Notes: a model not told the origin generated them from the sequence alone. A stretch of 64,000 bases of DNA from Myxococcota bacterium (GCA_036012755.1 DASCPX010000193.1:32001-96000); one strand, 5' to 3'. Shown: positions 1 through 8,969, counted from the stretch's first letter. Translations and numbers: made by a program.

Positions 1-1935
1 GGAGTCGCCGTCGGTAGCGCCCCCGGCGTACTCGCCGCCCGCACCGGTGATGTGGGCGCCGCCACCGCCATAGTTGTTGATCCAGTGGCCGTAGCTCTCG
101 TTGTAGGCGGAGCAGGCGCCGTCACCGTCACCGTCCCCTTCTCCAGCGTAGGACTCGCCCTGGTAGCTGTCGCAGTTGTACGAGGTCCCGGTCGCGCCAG
201 CCTCGTAGCCGAGCTCGCTGACGGAGACGCTCGAGCCGCTCTCGACGCTGACGGTGCCGGTCGCGCGCAGGGCCAGGATGCCCCCTGACTCGCCGTCCCA
301 CGCGTCCACCGACAGACTCGACGAGCCCGTGATCGTGACGTCCGTGTAGTTCGGCACGCGCTGCACCAAGACCGTCTGGTCGGTCAGATCGGCGTTGGAT
401 GACTCGCCGTAGGTGCTGGAGACCGCAGAGGTCAGGGTGATGGTCGTGGTGGTCACCGAGTCGACCTCGCCGAACTCGTAGGCGCCGACGTTGGTGTAGG
501 AGCTGTCGGAGCCGTGGAGGTTGATCAAGAGCACCTCGTCGCCCGCCGCGAGCCCGCTCAGGGTGCCGTCCACCGTCACGTCGGAGCCGCTGATGGCGCT
601 CACCGGCCAGCTGACGATGTCGCCGGAGTCGTGCAGGTTCGTGTCGGATGAGACGCTCAGCGCCCCGTCGCTGCCGGAGCCGGTCCAGTGGGCGTCGTCC
701 ACGTCCCCGTCGCAGTCGTTGTCGACCCCGTCGTAGCGCTCGCGCGCGCCCGGGTAGGTGTCCGCGTCCGTGTCGTCACAGTCCGTGTCGTCCTCGACGA
801 AGCCCCTCGGCTGGTCGCACTCGTCGTCGCTGACCGACGCGTTGCCGTAGCCGTCGCTGTCGGCGTCCTCGTACCAGGTCGTCACGTCCAGCGCCGAGTC
901 CTCGTCCGTGTCCCCGTCACAGTCGTCGTCGATGCCGTTGCAGTACTCGTCGGCCCCGGGCCAGACGTCCGCGTCGGTGTCGTCGCAGTCGTCCGTGTTG
1001 TCGACGTAGCCGCTGGGGGCGTCGCAGGCCTCTGCGCTGAAGCTGCCATCGCCGTAGCCGTCGCTGTCGTAGTCGATGTACCAGGTCTCCCCGTCGGTGA
1101 GCCCCGGGTCCTCGTCGTCGATCCAGTCGTTGCAGTCGTCGTCGATGTCGTTGCAGACCTCTGCCGCGTCCGGGTTCACCGCCGGATCGCCGTCGTCGCA
1201 GTCGGTGTCGTCGTCGACGTAGCCGCTGGGTGCGTCGCAGGCCTCGACGCTGTTCTCGGATCCAAAGCCGTCGCTGTCGCCGTCCTCGTACCAGGTGGAG
1301 AAGTCCACGGCGTCCTCGTCCGTGTCACCGTCGCAGTCGTCGTCGACGTCGTTGCAGACCTCTGTGCCGTCGGGGTTCACCGAGGCGGAGGTGTCGTCGC
1401 AGTCCCCGGTCCGCGCGCTGTAGCCCTCGGGCGGGTCACAGGCATCGAGGGTGGCCTCCCCACCCCAGCCGTCGTTGTCGCTGTCCTCGTACCAGAGCTC
1501 GGTGACGTCTTCGTCGACCTCGCCGTCGCAGTCGTTGTCGACCTCGTCGCAGCGCTCGGCGGCCTCTGGATAGGTGTTCGGGTCGAGGTCGTCGCAGTCG
1601 GCGCCGTTGTCGGCGGTCCCGGAAGGCTGCTCGCAGGAGCTCGAAGCGACTGAGGAGTCGCCGAAGCCGTCTTCGTCGGCGTCTCGGTACCAGGTTCCCG
1701 CGTCGGTGGCGTCGTCCTCGTCGATCTCCCCATCGCAGTCGTCGTCGATGTCGTTACAGAGCTCCTCGGCGTCCGGGAACACCGCCGGGTCCTGGTCGTC
1801 GCAGTCTTCGGTCTCGTCGAAGCCGTCTCCGTCGAGGTCGTCCGGGAGCGTCAGACCCGCGCTGTCGTGCACGACGGCGGTGTCGGCGATGTAGTCCTTG
1901 TTGCGGCAGCCAAGGGTTGCGAGGACCAAGAGCAT
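1..1935 (-). CDS. Large surface lipoprotein with Cys/Asp 'putative metal-binding' (MopE-related) repeats followed by an AgmC-like adhesin region; runs off the left edge
   Basis: Manual translation from ATG at 1935 (GGAG upstream): MLLVLATLGC lipobox, repeated DxDGDG(F/Y)...DCDD...P.A.E.C..IDDDCDG units, then ...GDEVLLINL..GAYEFGEV..LVQRVPNYTDVT..AWDGESGGILALRA. Absent from the ORF track, probably because its stop lies outside the window. Confidence 0.85.
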   Translation of the reverse strand, partial: MLLVLATLGCRNKDYIADTAVVHDSAGLTLPDDLDGDGFDETEDCDDQDPAVFPDAEELCNDIDDDCDGEIDEDDATDAGTWYRDADEDGFGDSSVASSSCEQPSGTADNGADCDDLDPNTYPEAAERCDEVDNDCDGEVDEDVTELWYEDSDNDGWGGEATLDACDPPEGYSARTGDCDDTSASVNPDGTEVCNDVDDDCDGDTDEDAVDFSTWYEDGDSDGFGSENSVEACDAPSGYVDDDTDCDDGDPAVNPDAAEVCNDIDDDCNDWIDDEDPGLTDGETWYIDYDSDGYGDGSFSAEACDAPSGYVDNTDDCDDTDADVWPGADEYCNGIDDDCDGDTDEDSALDVTTWYEDADSDGYGNASVSDDECDQPRGFVEDDTDCDDTDADTYPGARERYDGVDNDCDGDVDDAHWTGSGSDGALSVSSDTNLHDSGDIVSWPVSAISGSDVTVDGTLSGLAAGDEVLLINLHGSDSSYTNVGAYEFGEVDSVTTTTITLTSAVSSTYGESSNADLTDQTVLVQRVPNYTDVTITGSSSLSVDAWDGESGGILALRATGTVSVESGSSVSVSELGYEAGATGTSYNCDSYQGESYAGEGDGDGDGACSAYNESYGHWINNYGGGGAHITGAGGEYAGGATDGDS

Positions 1936-2002
1936 GCGGATCTCCAGAGGGCAAGAGATCCACCTTAGACCCAGTCGGTGCCGAGAGACTTACACTCCGG
2001 CG

Positions 2003-3829
2003 ATGCCAGATCAGACAAAGGGAATCGACACCGCCATCGGGCGGGTCGGCGATGTGCTGTACTTCCTCGGGGTAGGGCTGTTTCCCTTCAGCCTCGGCTC
2101 GGTCGTCGGCTTCTATGCCGCGGACCAGGGCGTGCGCTGGCTGCCGGACACCATCGGCTGGGTGCTCGGGGGCTGCCTGTCGGCCCTGATGCTGATCATC
2201 GTCGGCCGCTGGCTACGAGGCCGGCTCTACACGATGACCGAGCACGGCCTCAAGCTCAGCCGGCGCCTGACCGTGGCCGTCGCGCTCTTCGCCGTCGGCC
2301 TGAGCGGCTGGCTGGTCGTCTTCTGGCTGGAGAAGCCCGCGCCCTTGACGGAGCTCCCGCGCAAGGACTTCGAGGCCGCCTGGGCGATCGACGCCCAGAA
2401 CTACGAGGATCTGAACGCCAGCGCCGAGCTGCTGCTGGTGCGCCTGGAGATCTCCCCGATGTTCCAGGAGGGAGACCGGCTGCTGACCGCCGACGAGGAG
2501 GCCGAGCTCCTGGTCGCCTGGCGCTCGATGTACGACCTCTGCTTCGCGCTGGACCAGATCCGCGTCTTCTACGAGGACTGGTACCGCTTCGACCCCTCCC
2601 GAGCGGAGCGCAGCTACCACCTGCGCAGCTTCTTGCTGCTGCACCTGTCCGAGCTCGCCATCTACGAGAAGTCCACCCGCTTCGCGACCCTGGTCACGCA
2701 GAACGCCGACGCCGAGAAGCTCCTGAACACCCCTCACCCCCAGCTCGGACTGCAAGAGGACAGCTTCTCCCTCTTCCGACAGCAGCTCCACTCCTCTGAC
2801 GAGGCCGGACGACTGCTGGCGGCCCAGCGCTACCGCAGCTTCTTCGGCACGGCGATGGACGGCGAGAACGAGGCTCGCAGCTACGGCGCGGGCAACCTCT
2901 GGGCCGCGGTCGAGCAGCACCGCAGCGTGATCAACTCGGTGAACCCGCTGGAGCGCGGCGAGACCTCTGTGCGCGGCGACCTGCAGCTCTTGAAGCGAGC
3001 CGTTCGCCACACCTGGTACCCGACACAGAAGACCGTCGCGGAGTGGTTCGGCGACACGCGGACCAGGCGCATCGGCTGGTACCTCATAGGCGAAGAAGAT
3101 GTCGCCGAGATGGACCCGGCGCTCGAGCCTGGGGACATCCTGTTGTCGCGCAAGAACTGGTACCTCAGCAACATCGGCCTTCCCGGCTTCTGGCCGCATG
3201 GGCTCGTCTACATCGGCGACTCGGAGAAGTTCCAGGACTACTTCGACGAGCCAGAGGTCCGCGCCTGGCTCCTCGAGGAGACCGGCGAAGACCAGCGCCT
3301 GGATCAGTACCTCTCCGAGCGCTGGCCCCAGCACTGGAGCCGCTACGTGCTGGGCGACGACGGTCACCCGCACCGCGTCCTGGAGGCGATCAGCGAGGGC
3401 GTGGTCTTCAACACCCTGGAGCACGCCTCTGGCGACTACCTCGCCGCGATGCGCCCGCGGCTGGACAAGGTGGCGAAGGCCCAGGCAATCGTCGAGGGCT
3501 TCGAGCACCTCGACAAGCCCTACGACTTCGACTTCGACTTCGCCACCGACCACGCGCTGGTCTGCACAGAGCTCGTCTGGCGCATGTACCGGCCCGCCGA
3601 GGGGAAGGAGGGGCTCGACTTCGACATCGTCGAGGTCGCCGGTCGGCGAACGCTCCCTGCGAACGTGATGGTCGAGCAGTTCGCCCGGGAGAGGGGCACC
3701 GACGACCAGCAGCTCGACTTCATCTGGTTCTACGACGCGCGGGAGCGAGAGCAGGATGTCGTCGTCGCCGACGAAGAGGCCTTCGCGACATCCTGGGAGC
3801 GAGTCAAGTGGGACGTCGCCCAAGAGTAA
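2003..3829 (+). CDS. Membrane-anchored permuted papain-like NlpC/P60 (YiiX/YebB family) cysteine hydrolase
   Basis: Three N-terminal hydrophobic segments; PGDILLSR..GFWPHGLVYIG (His) precedes KPYDFDF..LVCTELV (Cys), the permuted order; ATG at 2003 preceded by TACACT. Confidence 0.8.
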   Translation: MPDQTKGIDTAIGRVGDVLYFLGVGLFPFSLGSVVGFYAADQGVRWLPDTIGWVLGGCLSALMLIIVGRWLRGRLYTMTEHGLKLSRRLTVAVALFAVGLSGWLVVFWLEKPAPLTELPRKDFEAAWAIDAQNYEDLNASAELLLVRLEISPMFQEGDRLLTADEEAELLVAWRSMYDLCFALDQIRVFYEDWYRFDPSRAERSYHLRSFLLLHLSELAIYEKSTRFATLVTQNADAEKLLNTPHPQLGLQEDSFSLFRQQLHSSDEAGRLLAAQRYRSFFGTAMDGENEARSYGAGNLWAAVEQHRSVINSVNPLERGETSVRGDLQLLKRAVRHTWYPTQKTVAEWFGDTRTRRIGWYLIGEEDVAEMDPALEPGDILLSRKNWYLSNIGLPGFWPHGLVYIGDSEKFQDYFDEPEVRAWLLEETGEDQRLDQYLSERWPQHWSRYVLGDDGHPHRVLEAISEGVVFNTLEHASGDYLAAMRPRLDKVAKAQAIVEGFEHLDKPYDFDFDFATDHALVCTELVWRMYRPAEGKEGLDFDIVEVAGRRTLPANVMVEQFARERGTDDQQLDFIWFYDAREREQDVVVADEEAFATSWERVKWDVAQE

Positions 3830-3903
3830 GGCTTACAGGTCTTCAGTCTTCGGCTGGATGACATCTCGTGGCATCCTGAGACAGTCTTCGGTAGGAGGTC
3901 ACC

Positions 3904-4305
3904 ATGCGTCTGAACCGTGTCGTCGCGCGCTACCGGTCTGGGGACCTCGTGAAGGGCATGACGACGGACTTCGACCGCGCCGCCCTGCGTTTTCACGTAG
4001 AGCCGACCTGCAACGCGTACACCCAGACCGTCGTCGACGTGCGCATGCTGAAAGCGGTCTTCTTCGTCCGCGAGCTGGCGGGTGACCGCTACTACGACGA
4101 AGACAACGAGTTCGACGAGATGGGCCGCCCGGTCGGCACGATTCGCGTCACGGTGAGGTTCCGAGACGGCGAGATCCTGCGCGGCTACACCCACGAGAGA
4201 GAGCGCAGGGGCGAGGGCTTCTTCATGATCCCCAGCGATCCCTTCAGCAACAACCGGCGGATCTTCGTGGTCTACGGCGCGGTGGAGAACCTCTACTTCC
4301 AGTAG
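3904..4305 (+). CDS. Small conserved protein, DUF6982-like
   Basis: AGGAGG RBS; VVARYRSGDLVKG.T.DF...LKAVFFVREL and V.FRDGE.L.G...GFFMIP.D...NN.RIFV motifs. Confidence 0.7.
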   Translation: MRLNRVVARYRSGDLVKGMTTDFDRAALRFHVEPTCNAYTQTVVDVRMLKAVFFVRELAGDRYYDEDNEFDEMGRPVGTIRVTVRFRDGEILRGYTHERERRGEGFFMIPSDPFSNNRRIFVVYGAVENLYFQ

Positions 4306-4360
4306 GCGAGTCCTCGTCCATGAACCTGTCGGACATCGAGACCGACCATGGGAGCCCCCA

Positions 4361-5116
4361 GTGGAGGTGATCCGCATCCCTGTCCTGCAGGACAACTACG
4401 TCTGGCTGATCCGCTCGGGCGAGGCGGTGGGCGTCGTCGACCCGCCCCTGCGCGAACCCGTGCTCGACGCGCTGGCCGAGCGCGGCTGGAGCCTGGACTG
4501 GATCATCACCACCCACCACCACTGGGATCACACGGGGGCGAACCTGGCCTTGAAGGAGGCGACCGGCTGCCGCGTCGTCGGCTCTGGACACGACCGGGAC
4601 CGCATCCCGGGCATCGACGTGGAACTCCGGGACGCTGACCGCTGGAGCTTCGGGGACGACGAAGCCGAGGTGCTCTTCGTCCCCGGTCACACCAGGGGCC
4701 ACGTCGCCTACTACTTCGCTGCGGCCGGGAGGCTGTTCTGCGGCGACACACTCTTCCTCGGCGGCTGCGGCAGGCTCTTCGAGGGCACGCCGGGGCAGAT
4801 GTGGACCAGCCTCTCGAGGATCCGCGATCTACCAGGGGACACCTGGGTCCACTGCGCCCACGAGTACACGGCGTCCAACCTGCGCTTCGCGCTGACCATC
4901 GAGCCCGAGAACGCATCGCTGGTCGCGCGAGCCGAGGAGGTCCGGCGACTGCGTGAGGTTGGCGAGCCGACGGTGCCGGACCGCCTCGCGCGGGAGCTGG
5001 AGACCAACCCCTTCGTACGCGCCGACCACCCTGACGTCGCTGCGGCGGTGGGTCTGAGCCCATCCCAGCCTGCCGAGGTCCTTGGCGCAGTGCGGGCGCT
5101 CAAGGACAGCTTCTGA
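4361..5116 (+). CDS. gloB: Hydroxyacylglutathione hydrolase (glyoxalase II)
   Basis: DNYVW, THHHWDHTG, PGHTRGH, FCGDTLF.GGCGRLFEG, CAHEYT.SNL.FA, E..TNPF motifs. Confidence 0.95.
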   Translation: MEVIRIPVLQDNYVWLIRSGEAVGVVDPPLREPVLDALAERGWSLDWIITTHHHWDHTGANLALKEATGCRVVGSGHDRDRIPGIDVELRDADRWSFGDDEAEVLFVPGHTRGHVAYYFAAAGRLFCGDTLFLGGCGRLFEGTPGQMWTSLSRIRDLPGDTWVHCAHEYTASNLRFALTIEPENASLVARAEEVRRLREVGEPTVPDRLARELETNPFVRADHPDVAAAVGLSPSQPAEVLGAVRALKDSF

Positions 5117-5136
5117 TCCCGGGCCGCCACGCCGAG

Positions 5137-5871
5137 GTGCTCGGTGGGGACACTCTCTGGCGGGAGAGCGGCTCGGGCCCCCCGCTCTTGCTGCTGCACG
5201 GTGTGCCGACCTCGTCCCTGTTGTTCCGAGACGTGATGGACCACCTGCCAGGGCGCGTCATCGCCCCGGACCTCCCGGGCTACGGGGACAGCGCACCGCT
5301 GCGGGCCGTGGACCTCGGGGCCTACGTCGACTGGCTCGAGGCCTTCCTGTCCATGCTCGGGCTCGACTCTGTCACCGTCGCCGGGCAGGACTTCGGGGCC
5401 TACCTCGGCGCCGGGCTGGCGGGACGCGGCAGGGTGGAGGCTCTGGTGCTGACCTCGACGGCGCTTTCATGGGGCTGGGCGCCCTCTGTCCTGGCGGCGC
5501 TCCCACCCTTCGACCGGCTCTTCTACAGCCTCTTTGGCGGGCGCGCCTACCTCGCCCGTGCAGAGCGCGGGCAGGTGCTGACGGCCCTGCACGTGGGTCG
5601 CATCGAGTCCGACCCGGACCTTGTGGGGCGCATGCGTCGCACGGCGCTTGCGATCCGAGGCGTCGATCCAGAGCCCCTGCGACAGATCCCGACGACCTGC
5701 ATCTGGGGCTCGGAGGATCCGCTCTTCCCAGCGTGGATGGGCCGCCGGACCGCAGCTGCCATCGGGGCACGGTGGCAGCTCATCGAGGGCGGACGACACA
5801 CGTTGCCCTGGGATCGACCGCTTCAGTGGGCCGCGGCGGTGAGGGAGTTCCTTCAAGGCAACCCCGACTGA
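5137..5871 (+). CDS. Alpha/beta fold hydrolase (epoxide hydrolase/dehalogenase-like, Asp nucleophile)
   Basis: LLLHGVPTSS, APDLPGYGDS, GQDFG elbow, WGSED, GRH. Confidence 0.85.
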   Translation: MLGGDTLWRESGSGPPLLLLHGVPTSSLLFRDVMDHLPGRVIAPDLPGYGDSAPLRAVDLGAYVDWLEAFLSMLGLDSVTVAGQDFGAYLGAGLAGRGRVEALVLTSTALSWGWAPSVLAALPPFDRLFYSLFGGRAYLARAERGQVLTALHVGRIESDPDLVGRMRRTALAIRGVDPEPLRQIPTTCIWGSEDPLFPAWMGRRTAAAIGARWQLIEGGRHTLPWDRPLQWAAAVREFLQGNPD

Positions 5872-5901
5872 TCCGTTGGGTCCGGCAGGAGGGTCCACCC
5901 A

Positions 5902-6891
5902 ATGGCGGCCGCTTGTCCCCAGCCCGACCTCGTGAGCTTGATTCGAGCAGGCGAGGTCGAGGACCTTCGCGGAGCCTGGCTCGTCGACGCCGATCTCACC
6001 GGTGTCGATCTGACCGGCGCGGACCTGTCCGGCGCGGACCTGTCCCGGGCGAAGCTCGCCGGAGCCACGCTGATGCTGGCGGACCTCTCGGAAGCGACGC
6101 TCTTCGAGGCGGATCTCAGCGGAGTCGAGGCGACCGGTGCTTGCTTCCGAAAGGCTCACCTGAGCCACTGCAAGGCCCCCGAGGCTGGCTTTGGGCGGGC
6201 CGACTTCACCGGCGCCGAGCTCGTCGGTGCCTCCTTCGAGGGGGCCAGCTTCACCCAGGCGACACTCGACGACGTCGACGCCCGCACGGCCGACTTCTCG
6301 AAGGCCCGCCTGACCGAGGCCTCCGTCCAGGGGAGCGACTTCACTCGCGCGCGGCTCTGCGAGACCGATCTCCAGGATGCCAGGGTGGACGGCGCGTTCT
6401 TCCAGCGGGCGGACCTCCGCGGCGCCAGCTTCAGGGGAGTGCGCGGCTACCCGACCGCGAACTGGGTGGGCGCGGACCTTCGCGACGCCGACTTCTGCGG
6501 CGCCTACCTGCTCCGCCGCGAGGCCATCGACCAGAACTTCCTCTGGGAGTTCCGACGCCACAGCCGCACCAACGCGATGCTCTACATGGCCTGGAAGGCC
6601 ACCTCGGACTGCGGTCGCAGCGTCGCGCGCTGGGCGACGCTCACCGGCTTCATCGCCTTGTTGTTCGCCGGAGCCTACTGCTTCGTCCCGATCGACTTCG
6701 GAGGCGACGAGACCTGGCTGTCGCCGCTCTACTTCTCGGTCGTGACGCTGACGACCCTCGGCTACGGCGACGCCCTGCCGACCAACGTCCTGAGCCAGGT
6801 GGTGGTGATGGTGGAGGTGGTCCTCGGCTACGTGATGCTCGGAGGTCTGCTCAGCATCTTCGCGAACAAGATGGCGTCCCGAGGAGAGTGA
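5902..6891 (+). CDS. Pentapeptide-repeat protein fused to a 2-TM potassium channel domain
   Basis: Long A(D/N)LxG pentapeptide run, then TM - YFSVVTLTTLGYGD (selectivity filter at 6751-6771) - TM. Confidence 0.9.
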   Translation: MAAACPQPDLVSLIRAGEVEDLRGAWLVDADLTGVDLTGADLSGADLSRAKLAGATLMLADLSEATLFEADLSGVEATGACFRKAHLSHCKAPEAGFGRADFTGAELVGASFEGASFTQATLDDVDARTADFSKARLTEASVQGSDFTRARLCETDLQDARVDGAFFQRADLRGASFRGVRGYPTANWVGADLRDADFCGAYLLRREAIDQNFLWEFRRHSRTNAMLYMAWKATSDCGRSVARWATLTGFIALLFAGAYCFVPIDFGGDETWLSPLYFSVVTLTTLGYGDALPTNVLSQVVVMVEVVLGYVMLGGLLSIFANKMASRGE

Positions 6892-6892
6892 G

Positions 6893-7726
6893 ATGTTCGC
6901 TGCCCTGAAGAGCATGTTCGATCCGAAGCAGAAGCTCCGCGAGACCCTCGGCGACTCGGCCCTGCCGAGCTTCAAGGCCGTCACGATGCAGACCCTCCGC
7001 AAGCTGCGGGATCCGGAGGCCTCGTCCCAGGAGATCGCCAAGCTCGTGGCCAGCGACCCGGGGCTGTCCGTCAAGGTCCTCTCGACCGTGAACTCGGCGG
7101 CCTTCGGTCTGCGCAGGCCGGCCACCGATGTCGGCCACGCCATCAACCTCCTCGGGCGCGGCGGCGTGGAGGGCATCGTGCTCGGAGTCGCGGTCAAGAA
7201 CGCCCTCCCGATGGACGGCGCCGATGGCTACGACCCCATCATGTTCTGGCGGGCCGCGGCTGTCCGCGCTGCAACCGCGAAGGCGCTCGCCGACGCCCTG
7301 GACCCGAAGCACCGCATGCTCAGCTTCACCGCCGGGCTGCTCCAGGACATGGCCGTGCCCCTGCTCGCCCACCGCGCCTCCGGCTATGGCCGCGTCCTGC
7401 GGGCCTGGCACTGCGGTGACGTCGAGTTGGAGGCGGCCGAGCGCCATGAGTACGGCTGGGACCACGCAGAGGTCGCCGGCTGGCTCGCCTCCGACTGGGA
7501 GTTCCCGGCGGTCCTCGGAGACTCGATCGTCGGCCACCACGGCGGCTGCGACAGCCCCTTGCCGATCCAGCTGGTCGGGCTCATCCACGAGGATCCACGC
7601 TTCGGCATGGACCGCGTGATGGACCTGGCCCGCGACCGCTGCGGCGCCGCCGCAGAGGAGCGAGTTCGCCGAGCGCTGATCCTCGGCCAGGAAAACGGGG
7701 CCGCCATGGCGGGGTTGTTCCGATAG
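6893..7726 (+). CDS. HDOD domain signalling protein
   Basis: LPSF, SDPGLSVKVL..VNSAAFG, AINLLG, FW, FTAGLLQDMA, DHAEVAGWLA..WEFP..I..HH. Confidence 0.9.
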   Translation: MFAALKSMFDPKQKLRETLGDSALPSFKAVTMQTLRKLRDPEASSQEIAKLVASDPGLSVKVLSTVNSAAFGLRRPATDVGHAINLLGRGGVEGIVLGVAVKNALPMDGADGYDPIMFWRAAAVRAATAKALADALDPKHRMLSFTAGLLQDMAVPLLAHRASGYGRVLRAWHCGDVELEAAERHEYGWDHAEVAGWLASDWEFPAVLGDSIVGHHGGCDSPLPIQLVGLIHEDPRFGMDRVMDLARDRCGAAAEERVRRALILGQENGAAMAGLFR

Positions 7727-7735
7727 ACAGGAAGC

Positions 7736-8755
7736 GTGCTCGCCCTCCTCTGCGGACTCGCGCTCGGCTCGGAACCCCCGGATTTCGCCGAGTGGGCCAC
7801 GCGACAGACCCCGCCAGAGGACCACCCCGAGCGCGCCGAGGGCTGGGACTTCGCGGCGGAGCTGTTCGCGCGGCTAGCGCGCGTGGTGGAAGACAACGAG
7901 ACCACCTCTACGTTGTTGGTGGGACGTTCGGTCGAGAAGCGCCCGATCTGGGGCTTCCGGGTCCAGGATCCCGGGGTCGAGCCAGAGCAGGAGCTCCTGG
8001 TCATCGCCCAGCTCCACAGCCTCGAGTGGATCGGCCCGGAGGTGGCCGTCGCGTTCCTGGAAGGCATCGCGTCAGCCCCGCCTCCGGGGGTCGTCGTCAC
8101 GGTCGTACCCATCGTGAACCCCGACGGCCGGTGGCGCTCGGAGCAGGACCTGCTCAACGACGAGGTGCGCAGCTACCGTCGAGCCAACGCCAACGGCGTG
8201 GACCTCAACCGCGACTGGTCCATGCACCGCGACAGCGACGTCATCTGGTCGAAGCTGCCCTGGACGCGGCGCCACTATTACAGCTCACCTGCGCCGCTGT
8301 CCCAGCCCGAAACCCAGGCGGTCGACCGGCTCGCCGCTGAATCGCCGCCCGACGCCTTCGTGAGCCTCCATGCCTTCGGCGGCTACGTCGAGACACCCTG
8401 GGGCGGCGTCTACGAGCCCCCGCCCGACGACGAGCGACTGAAGGCCACTGCCTACGAGATGGCCGAGGCCATGCCGCACCGACCCTACCGGGTCATCCAG
8501 ATCAACCACTGGGTGCGCACCTTTCGCGCGCTCGGCTGCGAGGTCGACCACTTCTACGGGGTCTACGGCGCGGACGCCTTCCTCATCGAGCTGACCAGGA
8601 GCGGAATCACGCTAGCTCCTTCGACCTGGCGGGACTACTTCCGCTGGTACAACCCGGTGGACAAGACCGAACACGTCGACAACGGCGTGGCAGCGCTGGA
8701 GGCGCTCCTCCACCGCATGAGCGCAGAGTCGCGAGGCCTCATCGAGCCCTTGTAG
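7736..8755 (+). CDS. M14 family zinc carboxypeptidase, exported
   Basis: GRSVEKRPI, HSLEW (HxxE), VNPDG, RANANGVDLNRDW, SQPETQA, SLHAF, IEL. Confidence 0.9.
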   Translation: MLALLCGLALGSEPPDFAEWATRQTPPEDHPERAEGWDFAAELFARLARVVEDNETTSTLLVGRSVEKRPIWGFRVQDPGVEPEQELLVIAQLHSLEWIGPEVAVAFLEGIASAPPPGVVVTVVPIVNPDGRWRSEQDLLNDEVRSYRRANANGVDLNRDWSMHRDSDVIWSKLPWTRRHYYSSPAPLSQPETQAVDRLAAESPPDAFVSLHAFGGYVETPWGGVYEPPPDDERLKATAYEMAEAMPHRPYRVIQINHWVRTFRALGCEVDHFYGVYGADAFLIELTRSGITLAPSTWRDYFRWYNPVDKTEHVDNGVAALEALLHRMSAESRGLIEPL

Positions 8756-8774
8756 GGAAACCACGACACCCAGA

Positions 8775-8943
8775 AGGTAATGCCCCGCTCGGGACCATCC
8801 CGAGCGGGGCATAATGAACAGCGGATGTCAGTAGGGACCCGTCTCCAGGTCCAGTGGGCACCGAAACACTGCCGCCGAGAGGGAATTCTCTCAACGGGTT
8901 CACCAGGAATCCCTGGCGCCTACCGGCTTCCGCCGCCTGGCAC
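8775..8943 (-). ncRNA. Candidate sigma54-dependent structured small RNA (~165 nt)
   Basis: Lies between a perfect sigma54 promoter and a 15-bp hairpin. Contains five short stems, two with GNRA loops (GGAA, GAGA), and G-U pairs that form only on the minus strand. No credible ORF; ends are predicted. Confidence 0.6.
8780..8812. terminator. 15-bp perfect inverted repeat, probable (bidirectional) terminator
   Basis: ATGCCCCGCTCGGGA-cca-TCCCGAGCGGGGCAT, ~25 nt after the M14 gene stop; followed on the minus strand by TACCTTCT (weak U tract). Confidence 0.7.
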
Positions 8944-8953
8944 ACACTTCTAA

Positions 8954-8969
8954 AGCAAGGGGCGTGCCA
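8954..8969 (-). promoter_or_regulatory. Sigma54 (RpoN) -24/-12 promoter
   Basis: Minus strand TGGCAC-GCCCC-TTGCT, an exact match to TGGCAC-N5-TTGC(A/T), in a lower-GC intergenic region. Confidence 0.8.

Noticed and set aside
8739..8945. 68-aa minus-strand ORF over the candidate sRNA
   Set aside because: No RBS or motif, runs through the terminator hairpin and overlaps the M14 gene end. A leaderless peptide cannot be fully excluded.
8938..8953. Plus-strand TGGCAC as a second sigma54 promoter
   Set aside because: The -12 element reads TCTA, with no GC at the required spacing.
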